The notes beneath the pieces were generated by a model. The model saw only the letters and a list, made by a program, of their open reading frames with translations, had not been told where the DNA came from and ran no database searches. Made by a program: the position numbers and the translations under genes. A stretch of 59,312 bases of DNA, from assembly GCA_964611535.1 (NCBI GenBank), contig CAZTAE010000001.1, positions 1 through 59,312 of the forward strand. Reading direction: 5' to 3'. Shown here piece by piece: positions 48,301 through 56,803 of the stretch (the stretch's first letter is position 1; each line of letters opens with the position of its first letter). The DNA comes from an uncultured Woeseiaceae bacterium (lineage in GTDB: Bacteria > Pseudomonadota > Gammaproteobacteria > Steroidobacterales > Woeseiaceae).

Positions 48301-48589
48301 CGGAATCCACGATGACCCCGGAGAAACGCTTGAGCGCCTGCGCCGACTCGAGGCTCCTGCGCACGCCGCGAACCACGACTTCCTCGAGCGGCTGGTCCTC
48401 GTCGGCGACCCGGAAACGGTCGTCGTCCCGGGACTCGCTGTCATCGGTGGGCGGGTCGGTATCGGTTTGCTGGGCAAACGCCGGTGTGTCGAAAGCGATG
48501 GCGCCGGCGGCCAATAACGGCAGGCTGGCGCGAATTGCGGTTGCGAGCCTGGTGCGACGCCAGGTGCGGTTGGTTACCTCGTCAGCCAT
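45395..48589 (-). CDS. TonB-dependent receptor (large, carbohydrate-locus type)
   Basis: 1064 aa with a signal peptide (LPLLAAGAIAFDTPAFAQQ). Plug motifs are LEEVVVRGVRRSLESAQ and VTETLQRIPGVAINR. A long beta-barrel ends in ...YTLILRGYFGE. Confidence 0.92.
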   Translation of the reverse strand: MADEVTNRTWRRTRLATAIRASLPLLAAGAIAFDTPAFAQQTDTDPPTDDSESRDDDRFRVADEDQPLEEVVVRGVRRSLESAQALKRFSGVIVDSVTAEDIGALPDRSVTETLQRIPGVAINRFAAGRDPDHFSVEGSGVVVRGLTYVRSEVNGRDSFTANNGRGLSFADVPPELLVGVDVFKSLSADRIEGGIAGTVNLRTRKPFDSQDPMFAFSLEGNYGDFIEDYSPTGSALGSYRWDTDYGEFGLLGSFVYSQVLSRADRFQVSNFAERTLFSSGDVVDTGGGETPVDTVIFPRGAVMGTQEFDRERYGYSAALQWRSPDNRMEATFQFLRSDSREAWTERVVEIATDVVTDQGDSRAVPGTTFEFDDSGLFDSGFITGPTGWRDDQFTADPRTPIFGLQSNNIHREVDQKFVTDDFGLNFIWNVSEDWALSFDYQHVDSTVDNLDVTLWGSTYQNARIDMDGSDLPTVEFTPPILCDGPPSDQCPTYFQAGNDSFTDPYNSFYRAAMDHVEESEGTSDAIRIDAERLLHDSDWLESIRFGYRYAERDQTARFSTYNWGSLSEIWGAGGPVWFDEAPVQNFEPFFFDNFFDGDTPNPLAGSGRLFYADSITGDYQAYADYAMAIAEEWGDSASWVPLAERPGTDGWFLPSEVNPVLETNNAAYFMVSFDSILDNGWNLSGNLGLRYSETTREASGFQVFNFQEFATEEDCVPEMGQEVSPFCGLPFEVRQDARNFADGSMVPFTAELDYDYWLPSINLKLEVAEGVQFRAAYFKGVAPPDFGLTRAFYNINLQTNADDIVAGGGRPIGRFEAGNPFLKPVESDNYDLTFEWYFSEVGQLSLALFHKTLSNIRTNDVQRQTFTNNGATFDAIVTTAVNSQEEGEIQGFEVSYQQTYEFLPAWLDGLGLAANYTYIDSKNVPQSTLSETDPDVSAGNQAVVDISRLPLEGLSRHTVNLAPFYDHQNWSARLAWSWRDEFLLTIRDVIVPFQPIMHEATGQLDASVFYNFSDRWKLGVQGVNLLNETIRTSAVLNDDLQTAPRSWFMNDRRYTLILRGYFGE

Positions 48590-48620
48590 GCCTCGTCCCC
48601 CACGAAAGCTGCTTCAAACG

Positions 48621-48697
48621 CGTTAACGTTACCGCTAACATACCCAATACTAGCTGCAGAACTTGCCATGTCAAGCGCCTCGTTGACAACGTTATCA
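48621..48697. promoter_or_regulatory. Two 14-bp near-palindromes with AACGTT core in the low-GC divergent promoter region (candidate LacI-family-type operators)
   Basis: CGTTAACGTTACCG (48621-48634) and TGACAACGTTATCA (48684-48697) are each palindromic except for one symmetric pair. They share the core AACGTTA. They lie in the locally AT-rich 230-bp gap between the receptor and the first halogenase-like gene. Confidence 0.3.
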
Positions 48698-48819
48698 TCG
48701 GGAGCCTCGCCGCAGCCGGGCCGCGCGGGTACGATGGGACCGAAACGACCGCCGGACGCGGCCTCAGGCCGGGCTCCGGCAAGCGCTGTCCGGCGTCGCG
48801 GACACCAGGGGGAAGCCGT

Positions 48820-50334
48820 TTGCCGCCTACCGACACATCATCCTTGCGCGTACTGATCGTCGGCGGCGGCACGGCGGGCTGGATGACGGCCGCCGCGCTG
48901 TCGCAGCTGCTGCCGCCCGGGCTGGCGGCGATCCGGCTGATCGAATCGGCGGCGATCGGCACGGTCGGCGTCGGGGAAGCCACGGTGCCGCACATCCGCT
49001 TCTTCAACGCCCGGCTCGGCTTCGACGAGGCCGATTTCATGGCGAAGACGCGCGCGACCTTCAAGCTCGGCATCGAATTTCGCGACTTCTCGCGCCGCGG
49101 CGACTCCTATATCCACCCGTTCGGCGCATTCGGCCGCGACCTTGCGGGCGTCCTGTTCCATCAGCACTGGGTCCGAGCGTGCCGCGCGGGCCAGGCCGGC
49201 GCGCTCGAGCAGTATTCCCTGCCGATACTCGCGGCACGCGGCGGCCGCTTCGCCCATCCCGCGGAGGATCCCGCCTCGCCGCTCTCCACGTACTCCTACG
49301 CCTACCAGTTCGACGCCGGGCTCTACGCCGCCTACCTGCGCGCCTATGCGGAGGCCCGCGGCGTCCACCGCACCGAAGGCAGGATCGTCGACGTCAGCGC
49401 GAGCGGCAACGGCTTCGTCGAGGCGGTGACGCTCGAGACCGGCGAGCGCATCGAAGCCGATCTCTTCATCGACTGCTCCGGTTTCCGGGGCCTCCTGATC
49501 GAGCAGACGCTGAAGGCAGGTTACGAGGACTGGACCCACTGGCTGCCCTGCGATCGCGCCTGGGCAGTGCCCTGCCCGACCCGCGGTCCGCTGACGCCCT
49601 GCACACGAGCGACGGCAAGCGACGCCGGCTGGATCTGGCGTATTCCGCTGCAGCACCGCGTCGGCAACGGGCACGTGTATTCCAGCCGCTACCTCGACGA
49701 CGACGAGGCATTGGCGGCGCTCCTCGGGCAGCTCGAGTCACCGCCCGGGGCGGAGCCGAAGCAGCTGCGCTTCACCCCCGGGAAACGCCGCAGGCAGTGG
49801 TCGGGCAACGTCGTGGCAATCGGACTGTCGGCCGGTTTCCTCGAGCCGCTCGAGTCGACCAGCATCCACCTCATACAGCTTGCCATCGGCTACCTCGTCG
49901 ACCTGTTTCCGGACCGGGAATTCGATCCCATGAACGAGACCGAATTCAATCGCGTCATGGCTCTCGAATACGAACGCATCCGCGACTTCCTCGTCCTGCA
50001 CTACCACGCCACCGAGCGCGACGACACGCCGTTCTGGCGCTACGTCAGGACCATGGACATTCCGGATTCCCTCGCCTGGCGCATCGAGCTTTTCCGCGGG
50101 CGCGGCGTGGTGCCGCATTACCGCGAGGGCATGTTCCTGGACGCAAGCTGGCTCGCGGTGCTGTTCGGCCAGCACGTGATGCCGCGGCACTACGATCCCT
50201 CCTCGGACCGGGTCTCCGGAGACGAGCTGGCCCGCCACCTGCAGGCGATCCGCGGCGAGTATCGGGAAGCGGTGGCCACGATGCCCGAACATCAGGCCTT
50301 CCTGCAGCGCATCGGCGCGGACCGGGCGGCATGA
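48820..50334 (+). CDS. Flavin-dependent tryptophan-halogenase-family protein, paralog 1
   Basis: ORF 48484..50334. The likely start is the in-frame TTG at 48820, preceded by GGGGGAAG (or TTG 48844). Motifs: [84 protein letters not shown]. No signal peptide. Confidence 0.85.
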   Translation: MPPTDTSSLRVLIVGGGTAGWMTAAALSQLLPPGLAAIRLIESAAIGTVGVGEATVPHIRFFNARLGFDEADFMAKTRATFKLGIEFRDFSRRGDSYIHPFGAFGRDLAGVLFHQHWVRACRAGQAGALEQYSLPILAARGGRFAHPAEDPASPLSTYSYAYQFDAGLYAAYLRAYAEARGVHRTEGRIVDVSASGNGFVEAVTLETGERIEADLFIDCSGFRGLLIEQTLKAGYEDWTHWLPCDRAWAVPCPTRGPLTPCTRATASDAGWIWRIPLQHRVGNGHVYSSRYLDDDEALAALLGQLESPPGAEPKQLRFTPGKRRRQWSGNVVAIGLSAGFLEPLESTSIHLIQLAIGYLVDLFPDREFDPMNETEFNRVMALEYERIRDFLVLHYHATERDDTPFWRYVRTMDIPDSLAWRIELFRGRGVVPHYREGMFLDASWLAVLFGQHVMPRHYDPSSDRVSGDELARHLQAIRGEYREAVATMPEHQAFLQRIGADRAA

Positions 50335-50344
50335 GGAGGTCTCG

Positions 50345-51880
50345 ATGAGCGAAGGCGAGAACGTCCGGCCCCTGCAGCGACGCATCGTGATCGTCGGCCA
50401 CGGGCTCGCCGCCTGGATGGCTGCCGACGCGCTCGCACGCGCGGTCAGGCGTGAGGACTGGTCCCTGCGCGTCGTCGCCGACCGTGCAACCGACGAGCCG
50501 GAGCCGTTCGAGATCGCCGACACCACGCTGCCGCTTGCCGACGGCATCCACTTCGCGCTCGAGACGGACGAGGATCGGCTGGTCGCCGGCACCGGCGGCT
50601 CGTTCACCGTCGGCATTGCGCTCGCCGGCTGGTCCGCGCCGGGCGCCGCCTGGTTCCATCCCTTCGGGTCGGCCGGCGCAAACCTGGGTCCGGTCGCCTT
50701 TCACCATGTCCTGATGCGGCTGCGCACCGAAGGCGCCGCGCTGCGGCTCGCGAACTTCTCCCTCGCCGCGCTCGCCGCGCAGGCGGGGCGCTTCTCGCGG
50801 CCGGCGGACGAGCCGCAGTCGGTGCTCTCGACACTCGCCTACGGCCTGCACCTCGACTGCCGCCGGCTGGCGGACGTGCATCGCGCCTCGGCGCTATCCG
50901 CGGGTGTTGCGCTGGAGGAGGCGGACCTGGCGCGCGTGGAGCGGCGTCGCGACGGATCGATCGCCGCCCTGGTCGGCACCGACGAGCGGCGCATCGAGGC
51001 CGACCTGTTCCTCGATTGCACGGGCAGCGCAGCGCGGCTCGACGGAAACGAAGGCGCCGATTGGGAAGACTGGTCGCCGTGGCTGCGCTGCGACCGGGCG
51101 ATCTCGATCGCGAAGGAGGACGCGCAGCCGCCCCCGCCCTACAGCCTTGCGGCGGCGAACGACTCCGGCTGGCTGCGGCACGTGCCGCTGCAGGGCAGGA
51201 GCGTACTGACGGCGACATGGTCGAGCGAGCACGCGAGCGATGACGAGATGCGCGCTCTTCTCGCGAACACAGCCGGCAACGAGGTCGCACAGCCGCCGCG
51301 GCGATTGCGCTTCGGCCGTCGGCGAAACCCGTGGCAGGGGAACGCCCTGGCGCTCGGTTCCGCCGCCGCGCTCATCGACCCCGTCGCCACGAGCAACCTG
51401 CAGCTTCTGCGCACCGGGATCGACCGCCTGCTGCGCCTCCTCCCCGGCAGCTCCGGGTTCGGCGTGGAAGCCGCGGAATACAACCGGCAGGCGGCGCTGC
51501 ATCTCGACAATGCCCGCGACTTCGCCGTCCTGCATTACCGGCTGAACGGCAGGAAGAACGAACCCTTCTGGGACGCCTGCCGCCACCGCGAGCTGCCTGC
51601 CTCGCTGGAGTACCGGATGCGCCTGTACGAGAGCCGCGGGCGCGTGGCCCTGTACGACGAGGAACCGCTCGAAGCGGAGAGCTGGATAGCGCTCTTCGAC
51701 GAATGCGGTGTCCGGCCGCGGCGCTACCACCCGATCGCGGACGGTTTCCCGAGAGCCCATCTGGAGGCGCACGTCGAGCGGGTGCGCGCCATCATGATCG
51801 AGGCGCTGGCGCGGATGCCGTCGCACGGCGACTACCTGTCGCGCCTGCAGCCGGCGAAGAAGGCGGCGCAAGGCGGATGA
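50345..51880 (+). CDS. Tryptophan-halogenase-family protein, paralog 2 (motif-degenerate)
   Basis: 511 aa, alignable along its length to the other three paralogs ([24 protein letters not shown]). The hallmark motifs are changed: [57 protein letters not shown]. Confidence 0.8.
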   Translation: MSEGENVRPLQRRIVIVGHGLAAWMAADALARAVRREDWSLRVVADRATDEPEPFEIADTTLPLADGIHFALETDEDRLVAGTGGSFTVGIALAGWSAPGAAWFHPFGSAGANLGPVAFHHVLMRLRTEGAALRLANFSLAALAAQAGRFSRPADEPQSVLSTLAYGLHLDCRRLADVHRASALSAGVALEEADLARVERRRDGSIAALVGTDERRIEADLFLDCTGSAARLDGNEGADWEDWSPWLRCDRAISIAKEDAQPPPPYSLAAANDSGWLRHVPLQGRSVLTATWSSEHASDDEMRALLANTAGNEVAQPPRRLRFGRRRNPWQGNALALGSAAALIDPVATSNLQLLRTGIDRLLRLLPGSSGFGVEAAEYNRQAALHLDNARDFAVLHYRLNGRKNEPFWDACRHRELPASLEYRMRLYESRGRVALYDEEPLEAESWIALFDECGVRPRRYHPIADGFPRAHLEAHVERVRAIMIEALARMPSHGDYLSRLQPAKKAAQGG

Positions 51881-53409
51881 GCGAAGCAAGACGCACGGGG
51901 GACGCCGCCGGGGCGGCCCGCATCCGCAGCATCGTCATCGTCGGCGGCGGCACGGCCGGCTGGATGACGGCGGCCGCGCTCGCGCAGGTGCTGGGGCGCG
52001 ACTACGCCAGCATCAAGCTCATCGAATCGGACGCCATCGGCACGGTGGGCGTCGGCGAGGCCACGATCCCGCAGATCGGGATCTACAACCGCCTGCTGGG
52101 CATCGACGAGAACGACTTCGTGCGCCGCACGAAGGGCAGCTTCAAGCTCGGCATCGAGTTCGTGAACTGGCGGCGGCCCGGGCACCGCTACATCCACCCC
52201 TTCGGCAGCTACGGCGTCAACATGGAGGGCGTGTCCTTCCATGCCTTCTGGCAGCGCCTGAATCACGCGGGGCTCGCGGCCGACGCCGCGGATTATTCGC
52301 TGATGGCGACCGCGGCGAAGCGCAACCGCTTCATGCGCCCCTTCGACGCCGGGAACTCGCCGTTGTCCTCCATCGCCTACGCCTTCCATTTCGACGCGGG
52401 ACTCTATGCGCTCTTCCTGCGCGACCACGCCGAAGCGCGCGGCGTCATCCGCCGCGAGGGCAGGATCGTCGACGTGCACCAGCGAGGCGAGGACGGCTTC
52501 ATCCACTCCGTGCAGATGGAGGACGGCGAGCGCATCGAGGGCGACCTGTTCATCGACTGCTCCGGCTTCCGCGGCTTGCTGATCGAGCAGACGCTGCACG
52601 CCGGGTTCGTCGACTGGTCCGGCTGGCTGCCCTGCAACCGCGCGCTGGCCGTGCCCTGCGAGAGCGTGCCGGAGCTCACCCCCTACACGCGCTCGACCGC
52701 GCTCACGGCCGGCTGGCAGTGGCGCATCCCGCTGCAGCATCGCATCGGCAACGGCTACGTCTATTGCAGCGACTATCTGAGCGACGACGAGGCGGCCGCG
52801 ATGCTGCTCGCGAACCTGGACGGGCCGGCGCTGAAGGAGCCACGCCTCATCCGCTTCACCACCGGTCATCGGAGGAAGTACTGGGACAAGAACTGCGTCG
52901 CGATCGGCCTCGCCTCCGGCTTCATGGAGCCGCTGGAGTCGACGAGCATCTGGATGATCCAGAACGGCATCTCGCGCCTGCTGTCGAACTTCCCCGACCG
53001 CAGCTTCGCGCAGATCGACATCGATCGGTACAACCGGGTGCTCATCGAGGACACGGAGTACATCCGCGACTTCCTGATCCTGCACTACAAGGCGACCGAG
53101 CGCGACGACACGCCTTTCTGGAACTACTGCAGAAACATGCCCGTTCCGGAGCGCCTGGAGGAGAAGATCCGCGTATACAAAAACAGCGGCCGCACCTTCC
53201 GCGAGCACGAGGAACTCTTCAACGACACGAGCTGGTTTGCGGTCATGACGGGGCAGCTGGGCCGGCCGCGGACCTGGGATCCGGTCGCGGAGATCCTGAG
53301 CCTCGAGGAAACGCAGAAGCGGCTGGACCACATCCGGAGCGCCGTCTCGAACTCCGCCGACTACATGCCCGACCACCGCAAGTTCATCGAGGAAAACTGC
53401 GCGGCCTGA
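51877..53409 (+). CDS. Flavin-dependent tryptophan-halogenase-family protein, paralog 3
   Basis: In-frame ATG at 51877 within ORF 51331..53409, overlapping the paralog-2 stop as ATGA. Motifs: [87 protein letters not shown]. Confidence 0.9.
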   Translation: MSEARRTGDAAGAARIRSIVIVGGGTAGWMTAAALAQVLGRDYASIKLIESDAIGTVGVGEATIPQIGIYNRLLGIDENDFVRRTKGSFKLGIEFVNWRRPGHRYIHPFGSYGVNMEGVSFHAFWQRLNHAGLAADAADYSLMATAAKRNRFMRPFDAGNSPLSSIAYAFHFDAGLYALFLRDHAEARGVIRREGRIVDVHQRGEDGFIHSVQMEDGERIEGDLFIDCSGFRGLLIEQTLHAGFVDWSGWLPCNRALAVPCESVPELTPYTRSTALTAGWQWRIPLQHRIGNGYVYCSDYLSDDEAAAMLLANLDGPALKEPRLIRFTTGHRRKYWDKNCVAIGLASGFMEPLESTSIWMIQNGISRLLSNFPDRSFAQIDIDRYNRVLIEDTEYIRDFLILHYKATERDDTPFWNYCRNMPVPERLEEKIRVYKNSGRTFREHEELFNDTSWFAVMTGQLGRPRTWDPVAEILSLEETQKRLDHIRSAVSNSADYMPDHRKFIEENCAA

Positions 53410-53431
53410 CGCGCCGGACACGAGGATAGCC

Positions 53432-55285
53432 ATGAACCTTCCCCCGCGAATCCTTTGCTGCCTCCTGATCCCGGCCTGTACGACCTCGCCGACCGGGACG
53501 ACCGCGCCAACGGCGGACGCCGCTTGCGACGCCGGCATTCACCTGAACCAGGTCGGCTTCCTGCCGGGCGCCGCGAAGCGCGCGGTGATCGCGGCCCCGC
53601 AGGACGCAGCGCGGCGCTGGGAACTGGTCGATGCCGGGGGCAACGTGCTCGCCGAGGGCGCCTCGGCCGTCTATGGCGAGGATGCCGTCTCGGGCGAGCA
53701 TGTGCACCGCGTCGACTTCAGCGAAGTCGACGCGACGGGCGAAGATCTGCGCATCCGCTCGACCTGCGCCGAAAGCCACCCGTTCGACATCGGCGAGGAG
53801 GTCTTCGGGCGACTGAAGTACGACGCTCTGCGCTACTTCTATCACAACCGCAGCGGTGTTCCCGTCACGGCCGAGCATGCCGGGGGTGCGCGCTGGGCCC
53901 GGCCCGTCGCGCACGAAAAGGAAGTGGCCACCTGCCGCTCCGGTACCGACGGCGACGGCAACGACTGGCCGGGTTGCGACTACACGCTCGACGTCACCGG
54001 CGGCTGGTACGACGCGGGCGATCACGGCAAGTACGTCGTCAACGGCGGCATCAGCGTGTGGACGCTGATGAACCTGTTCGAACGGCAGCGCCTCATGGAG
54101 CGGAACGGGCTGGGTGACAGTGGAGCCCGCATTCCGGAGTCCGGCAACGGTATCGACGACGTGCTGGACGAGGCGCGCATCGAAATGGAGTTCCTGTTAC
54201 GGATGCAGGCGCCGCCGGAGGCGATCGCGCAGGTCCCGGTCGGCGTCAAGCGGAGCAGCGAAAAGCTCGAGTTCGCCTCGATCGACGCATCGGGCATGGC
54301 GCACCACAAGGTCGCCGACGAGAGCTGGACGCCGCTGCCCATGCCCCCGCACCTGAGCCGCGAGCGGCGTGTCCTGTACCCTGTCAGTACGGCGGCGACG
54401 CTCAACCTCGCGGCCACGGCGGCGCAATGCGCGCGCATCTGGCGTGGCCTGGACGACGCCTTTGCCGAGCGCTGCCTGTCCGCTGCGGAACGCGCGTATG
54501 CTGCTGCCCGGCGCAACCCGGAGGTCTATTTCGTAGCCAATTTCAGCGGCAGCGGCGCGTACGGCGACGGCGACGTTTCCGACGAGTTCTTCTGGGCAGC
54601 CGCCGAGCTGTTCGCGACGACGGGCGAGGAGCGTTACCGGCAGGCGCTCATGAGATCGGAGCACTTCCAGGGGCCGCTCGCCCGGCAGCCGGGCTGGCCG
54701 CGCGTGGCGCCGCTCGGCGTCATCACGCTGGCGCTGGTACCGAGCGACCTGCCGCCGCCCGAGGTCGAGCGGCAGCGCGAGCGGCTGATCGCCGCCGCCG
54801 AGGGGTTCAACGCCGAGCGCGAGGAGACGGGCTACTACATCCCCTACGCCACCGACCGCTATCCCTGGGGCTCGAACAGCAGCATCCTGAACCGGGCCAT
54901 CGTGCTCGCGCTCGCTTACGACTTCACCGGTGACGCGCGCTACCGTGACGGTGTCGTGGACGCGATGGACTACCTGCTCGGCAGGAATCCCCTCGACCGT
55001 TCGTACGTGAGCGGCTACGGCGAGCGTCCGTTCGAAAACCCGCATCACCGCTATTGGGCGCAGTCGCTGGACGCCGCACTCCCCCCGCCGCCCCCGGGCG
55101 CCCTCTCCGGCGGCCCCAACTCGACGGCTCCGGCCGACGAGGTCGCGCAGGAGATCGCGGGATCCTGCGCGCCGCAGACCTGCTGGCGCGACGACGTGCG
55201 CGCCTACGCGCTGAACGAGGTCGCCATCAACTGGAACGCACCGCTGGTCTGGGTGGCGGCCTTCCTGGACGAAGGCGCGCGGTGA
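53432..55285 (+). CDS. Glycoside hydrolase family 9 endoglucanase (lipoprotein, with N-terminal Ig-like domain)
   Basis: 617 aa with the lipobox-like LLIPACT. The N-terminal region is CelD_N-like (IHLNQVGFLPGAAKRAVI). GH9 signatures are GGWYDAGDHGKYVVNGG, SYVSGYGERPFENPHHRYW and GALSGGPN. Confidence 0.9.
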   Translation: MNLPPRILCCLLIPACTTSPTGTTAPTADAACDAGIHLNQVGFLPGAAKRAVIAAPQDAARRWELVDAGGNVLAEGASAVYGEDAVSGEHVHRVDFSEVDATGEDLRIRSTCAESHPFDIGEEVFGRLKYDALRYFYHNRSGVPVTAEHAGGARWARPVAHEKEVATCRSGTDGDGNDWPGCDYTLDVTGGWYDAGDHGKYVVNGGISVWTLMNLFERQRLMERNGLGDSGARIPESGNGIDDVLDEARIEMEFLLRMQAPPEAIAQVPVGVKRSSEKLEFASIDASGMAHHKVADESWTPLPMPPHLSRERRVLYPVSTAATLNLAATAAQCARIWRGLDDAFAERCLSAAERAYAAARRNPEVYFVANFSGSGAYGDGDVSDEFFWAAAELFATTGEERYRQALMRSEHFQGPLARQPGWPRVAPLGVITLALVPSDLPPPEVERQRERLIAAAEGFNAEREETGYYIPYATDRYPWGSNSSILNRAIVLALAYDFTGDARYRDGVVDAMDYLLGRNPLDRSYVSGYGERPFENPHHRYWAQSLDAALPPPPPGALSGGPNSTAPADEVAQEIAGSCAPQTCWRDDVRAYALNEVAINWNAPLVWVAAFLDEGAR

Positions 55286-56790
55286 CGGACGACCGCATCG
55301 AGCACGTCGTCATCGTCGGCGGCGGGACGGCCGGCTGGATGGCCGCCGCGGCACTGTCGCGCTTCCTGAGGAACGGCTACACGAAGATCACACTCGTCGA
55401 ATCGGAAGACATCGGCACCGTCGGTGTGGGCGAGGCGACGATTCCGCCTATCCGCCAGTTCCTGGAGATGCTGCGCATCGACGAGAACGACTTCGTCCGG
55501 CATACCCGGGCGTCTTTCAAGCTCGGCATCGAGTTCGTGGACTGGACGCGGCCGGGGCATCATTACCTGCACCCCTTCGGCCAGTTCGGCGCGGACATCG
55601 AGGGCGTGCCTTTCCACCAGTTCTTCCTCAAAGGGCACGCGCTGGGGCAGGCGCCCTCCATCGAACCGTTCGCCCTGACGGCGGCGGCAGCGCGCAGGGG
55701 CCGCTTCGACGCCGCGCAGGGCACCGCGTTTCCGCGCAATCACTGGGCCTACGCGTATCACTTCGACGCGGCGCTCGTGGCGCGCTACCTGCGGCGGTAC
55801 GCCGAGAAACTCGGCGTCCGCCGCCGCGAGGGCAGGATCGTCGACGCGGTGCTGCGGGGGACCGACGGGCTGATCGAGGCAGTCGTGCTCGAGCACGGCG
55901 GGCGTATCGAGGGCGATCTCTTCATCGACTGTTCCGGCTTTCGCGGCCTGCTCATCGGCGAGGCCCTCGGCGTCGGCTACGAGGACTGGACCCGCTGGCT
56001 CCCCTGCGACCGCGCGGTCGCCGTGCCGTCGGCGAACGTCGACCTGCACGAGCCGTATACGCGCTCGACCGCCCGCCCCGCCGGCTGGCAGTGGCATATC
56101 CCCTTGCAGCACCGCACCGGCAACGGCTACGTGTACTCGAGCCAGGCGATCGGCGATGACGAGGCCGCCGCAACGCTTCTCGACAACCTCGGCGGCGAGG
56201 CGCTCGCCGAACCGCGGCGCCTCTCGTTCACCACCGGCCGGCGTGACCGGTTCTGGTCGGGCAACTGCGTGGCGCTCGGGCTCGCCGCAGGCTTCCTCGA
56301 GCCGCTGGAATCGACAGCGATCCACCTGGTCCAGTCGGGCATCTCGAAGCTCCTCGCCCTCTTCCCCGGCAAGACGCCCAGCCCGGCCGAGATCGAGGAG
56401 TACAACCGCCTGGTCGGGGCGACCTACGAGCAGGTGCGCGATTTTCTCGTACTGCACTACAAGGCCACCGAGCGCGACGACTCGCCGTTCTGGGACTACT
56501 GCCGCACGATGGACGTGCCCGAGTCGCTGGTGCACAAGATGTCCCTGTTCGCCGGCCGCGGCCGGTGCTTTCGCTACGAGGACGAGCTGTTCTCCGTCAC
56601 GAGCTGGGTGGCGGTGCTGCTCGGCCAGAACGTGTGGCCCGCCGGCTACGACGCCATCGTCGACTCGATGACCGACGCGGAGCTGCTCGACGTGCTGGCG
56701 AAGATGCAGGCGAAGATCGAACAGACCGCCGAGGCCCTGCCGACGCAGCAGGCGTACATCGGCCGCCACTGCGCCGCGCCGAGCGCATGA
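55282..56790 (+). CDS. Flavin-dependent tryptophan-halogenase-family protein, paralog 4
   Basis: In-frame GTG at 55282 within ORF 55054..56790, overlapping the GH9 stop as GTGA. Motifs: [87 protein letters not shown]. Confidence 0.9.
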   Translation: MTDDRIEHVVIVGGGTAGWMAAAALSRFLRNGYTKITLVESEDIGTVGVGEATIPPIRQFLEMLRIDENDFVRHTRASFKLGIEFVDWTRPGHHYLHPFGQFGADIEGVPFHQFFLKGHALGQAPSIEPFALTAAAARRGRFDAAQGTAFPRNHWAYAYHFDAALVARYLRRYAEKLGVRRREGRIVDAVLRGTDGLIEAVVLEHGGRIEGDLFIDCSGFRGLLIGEALGVGYEDWTRWLPCDRAVAVPSANVDLHEPYTRSTARPAGWQWHIPLQHRTGNGYVYSSQAIGDDEAAATLLDNLGGEALAEPRRLSFTTGRRDRFWSGNCVALGLAAGFLEPLESTAIHLVQSGISKLLALFPGKTPSPAEIEEYNRLVGATYEQVRDFLVLHYKATERDDSPFWDYCRTMDVPESLVHKMSLFAGRGRCFRYEDELFSVTSWVAVLLGQNVWPAGYDAIVDSMTDAELLDVLAKMQAKIEQTAEALPTQQAYIGRHCAAPSA

Positions 56791-56803
56791 GGTCGACGTA
56801 CCG

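Noticed and set aside
45596-48517. 973-aa plus-strand ORF
   Set aside because: It is the antisense shadow of the 1064-aa TonB-dependent receptor.
48820-56790. Reading the halogenase-like genes as a halogenated natural-product biosynthetic gene cluster
   Set aside because: The window has no NRPS, PKS, carrier protein, flavin reductase, tryptophan-modifying or tailoring genes. The neighbours are glycoside hydrolases and a TonB receptor, so a secondary-metabolite cluster is not supported.
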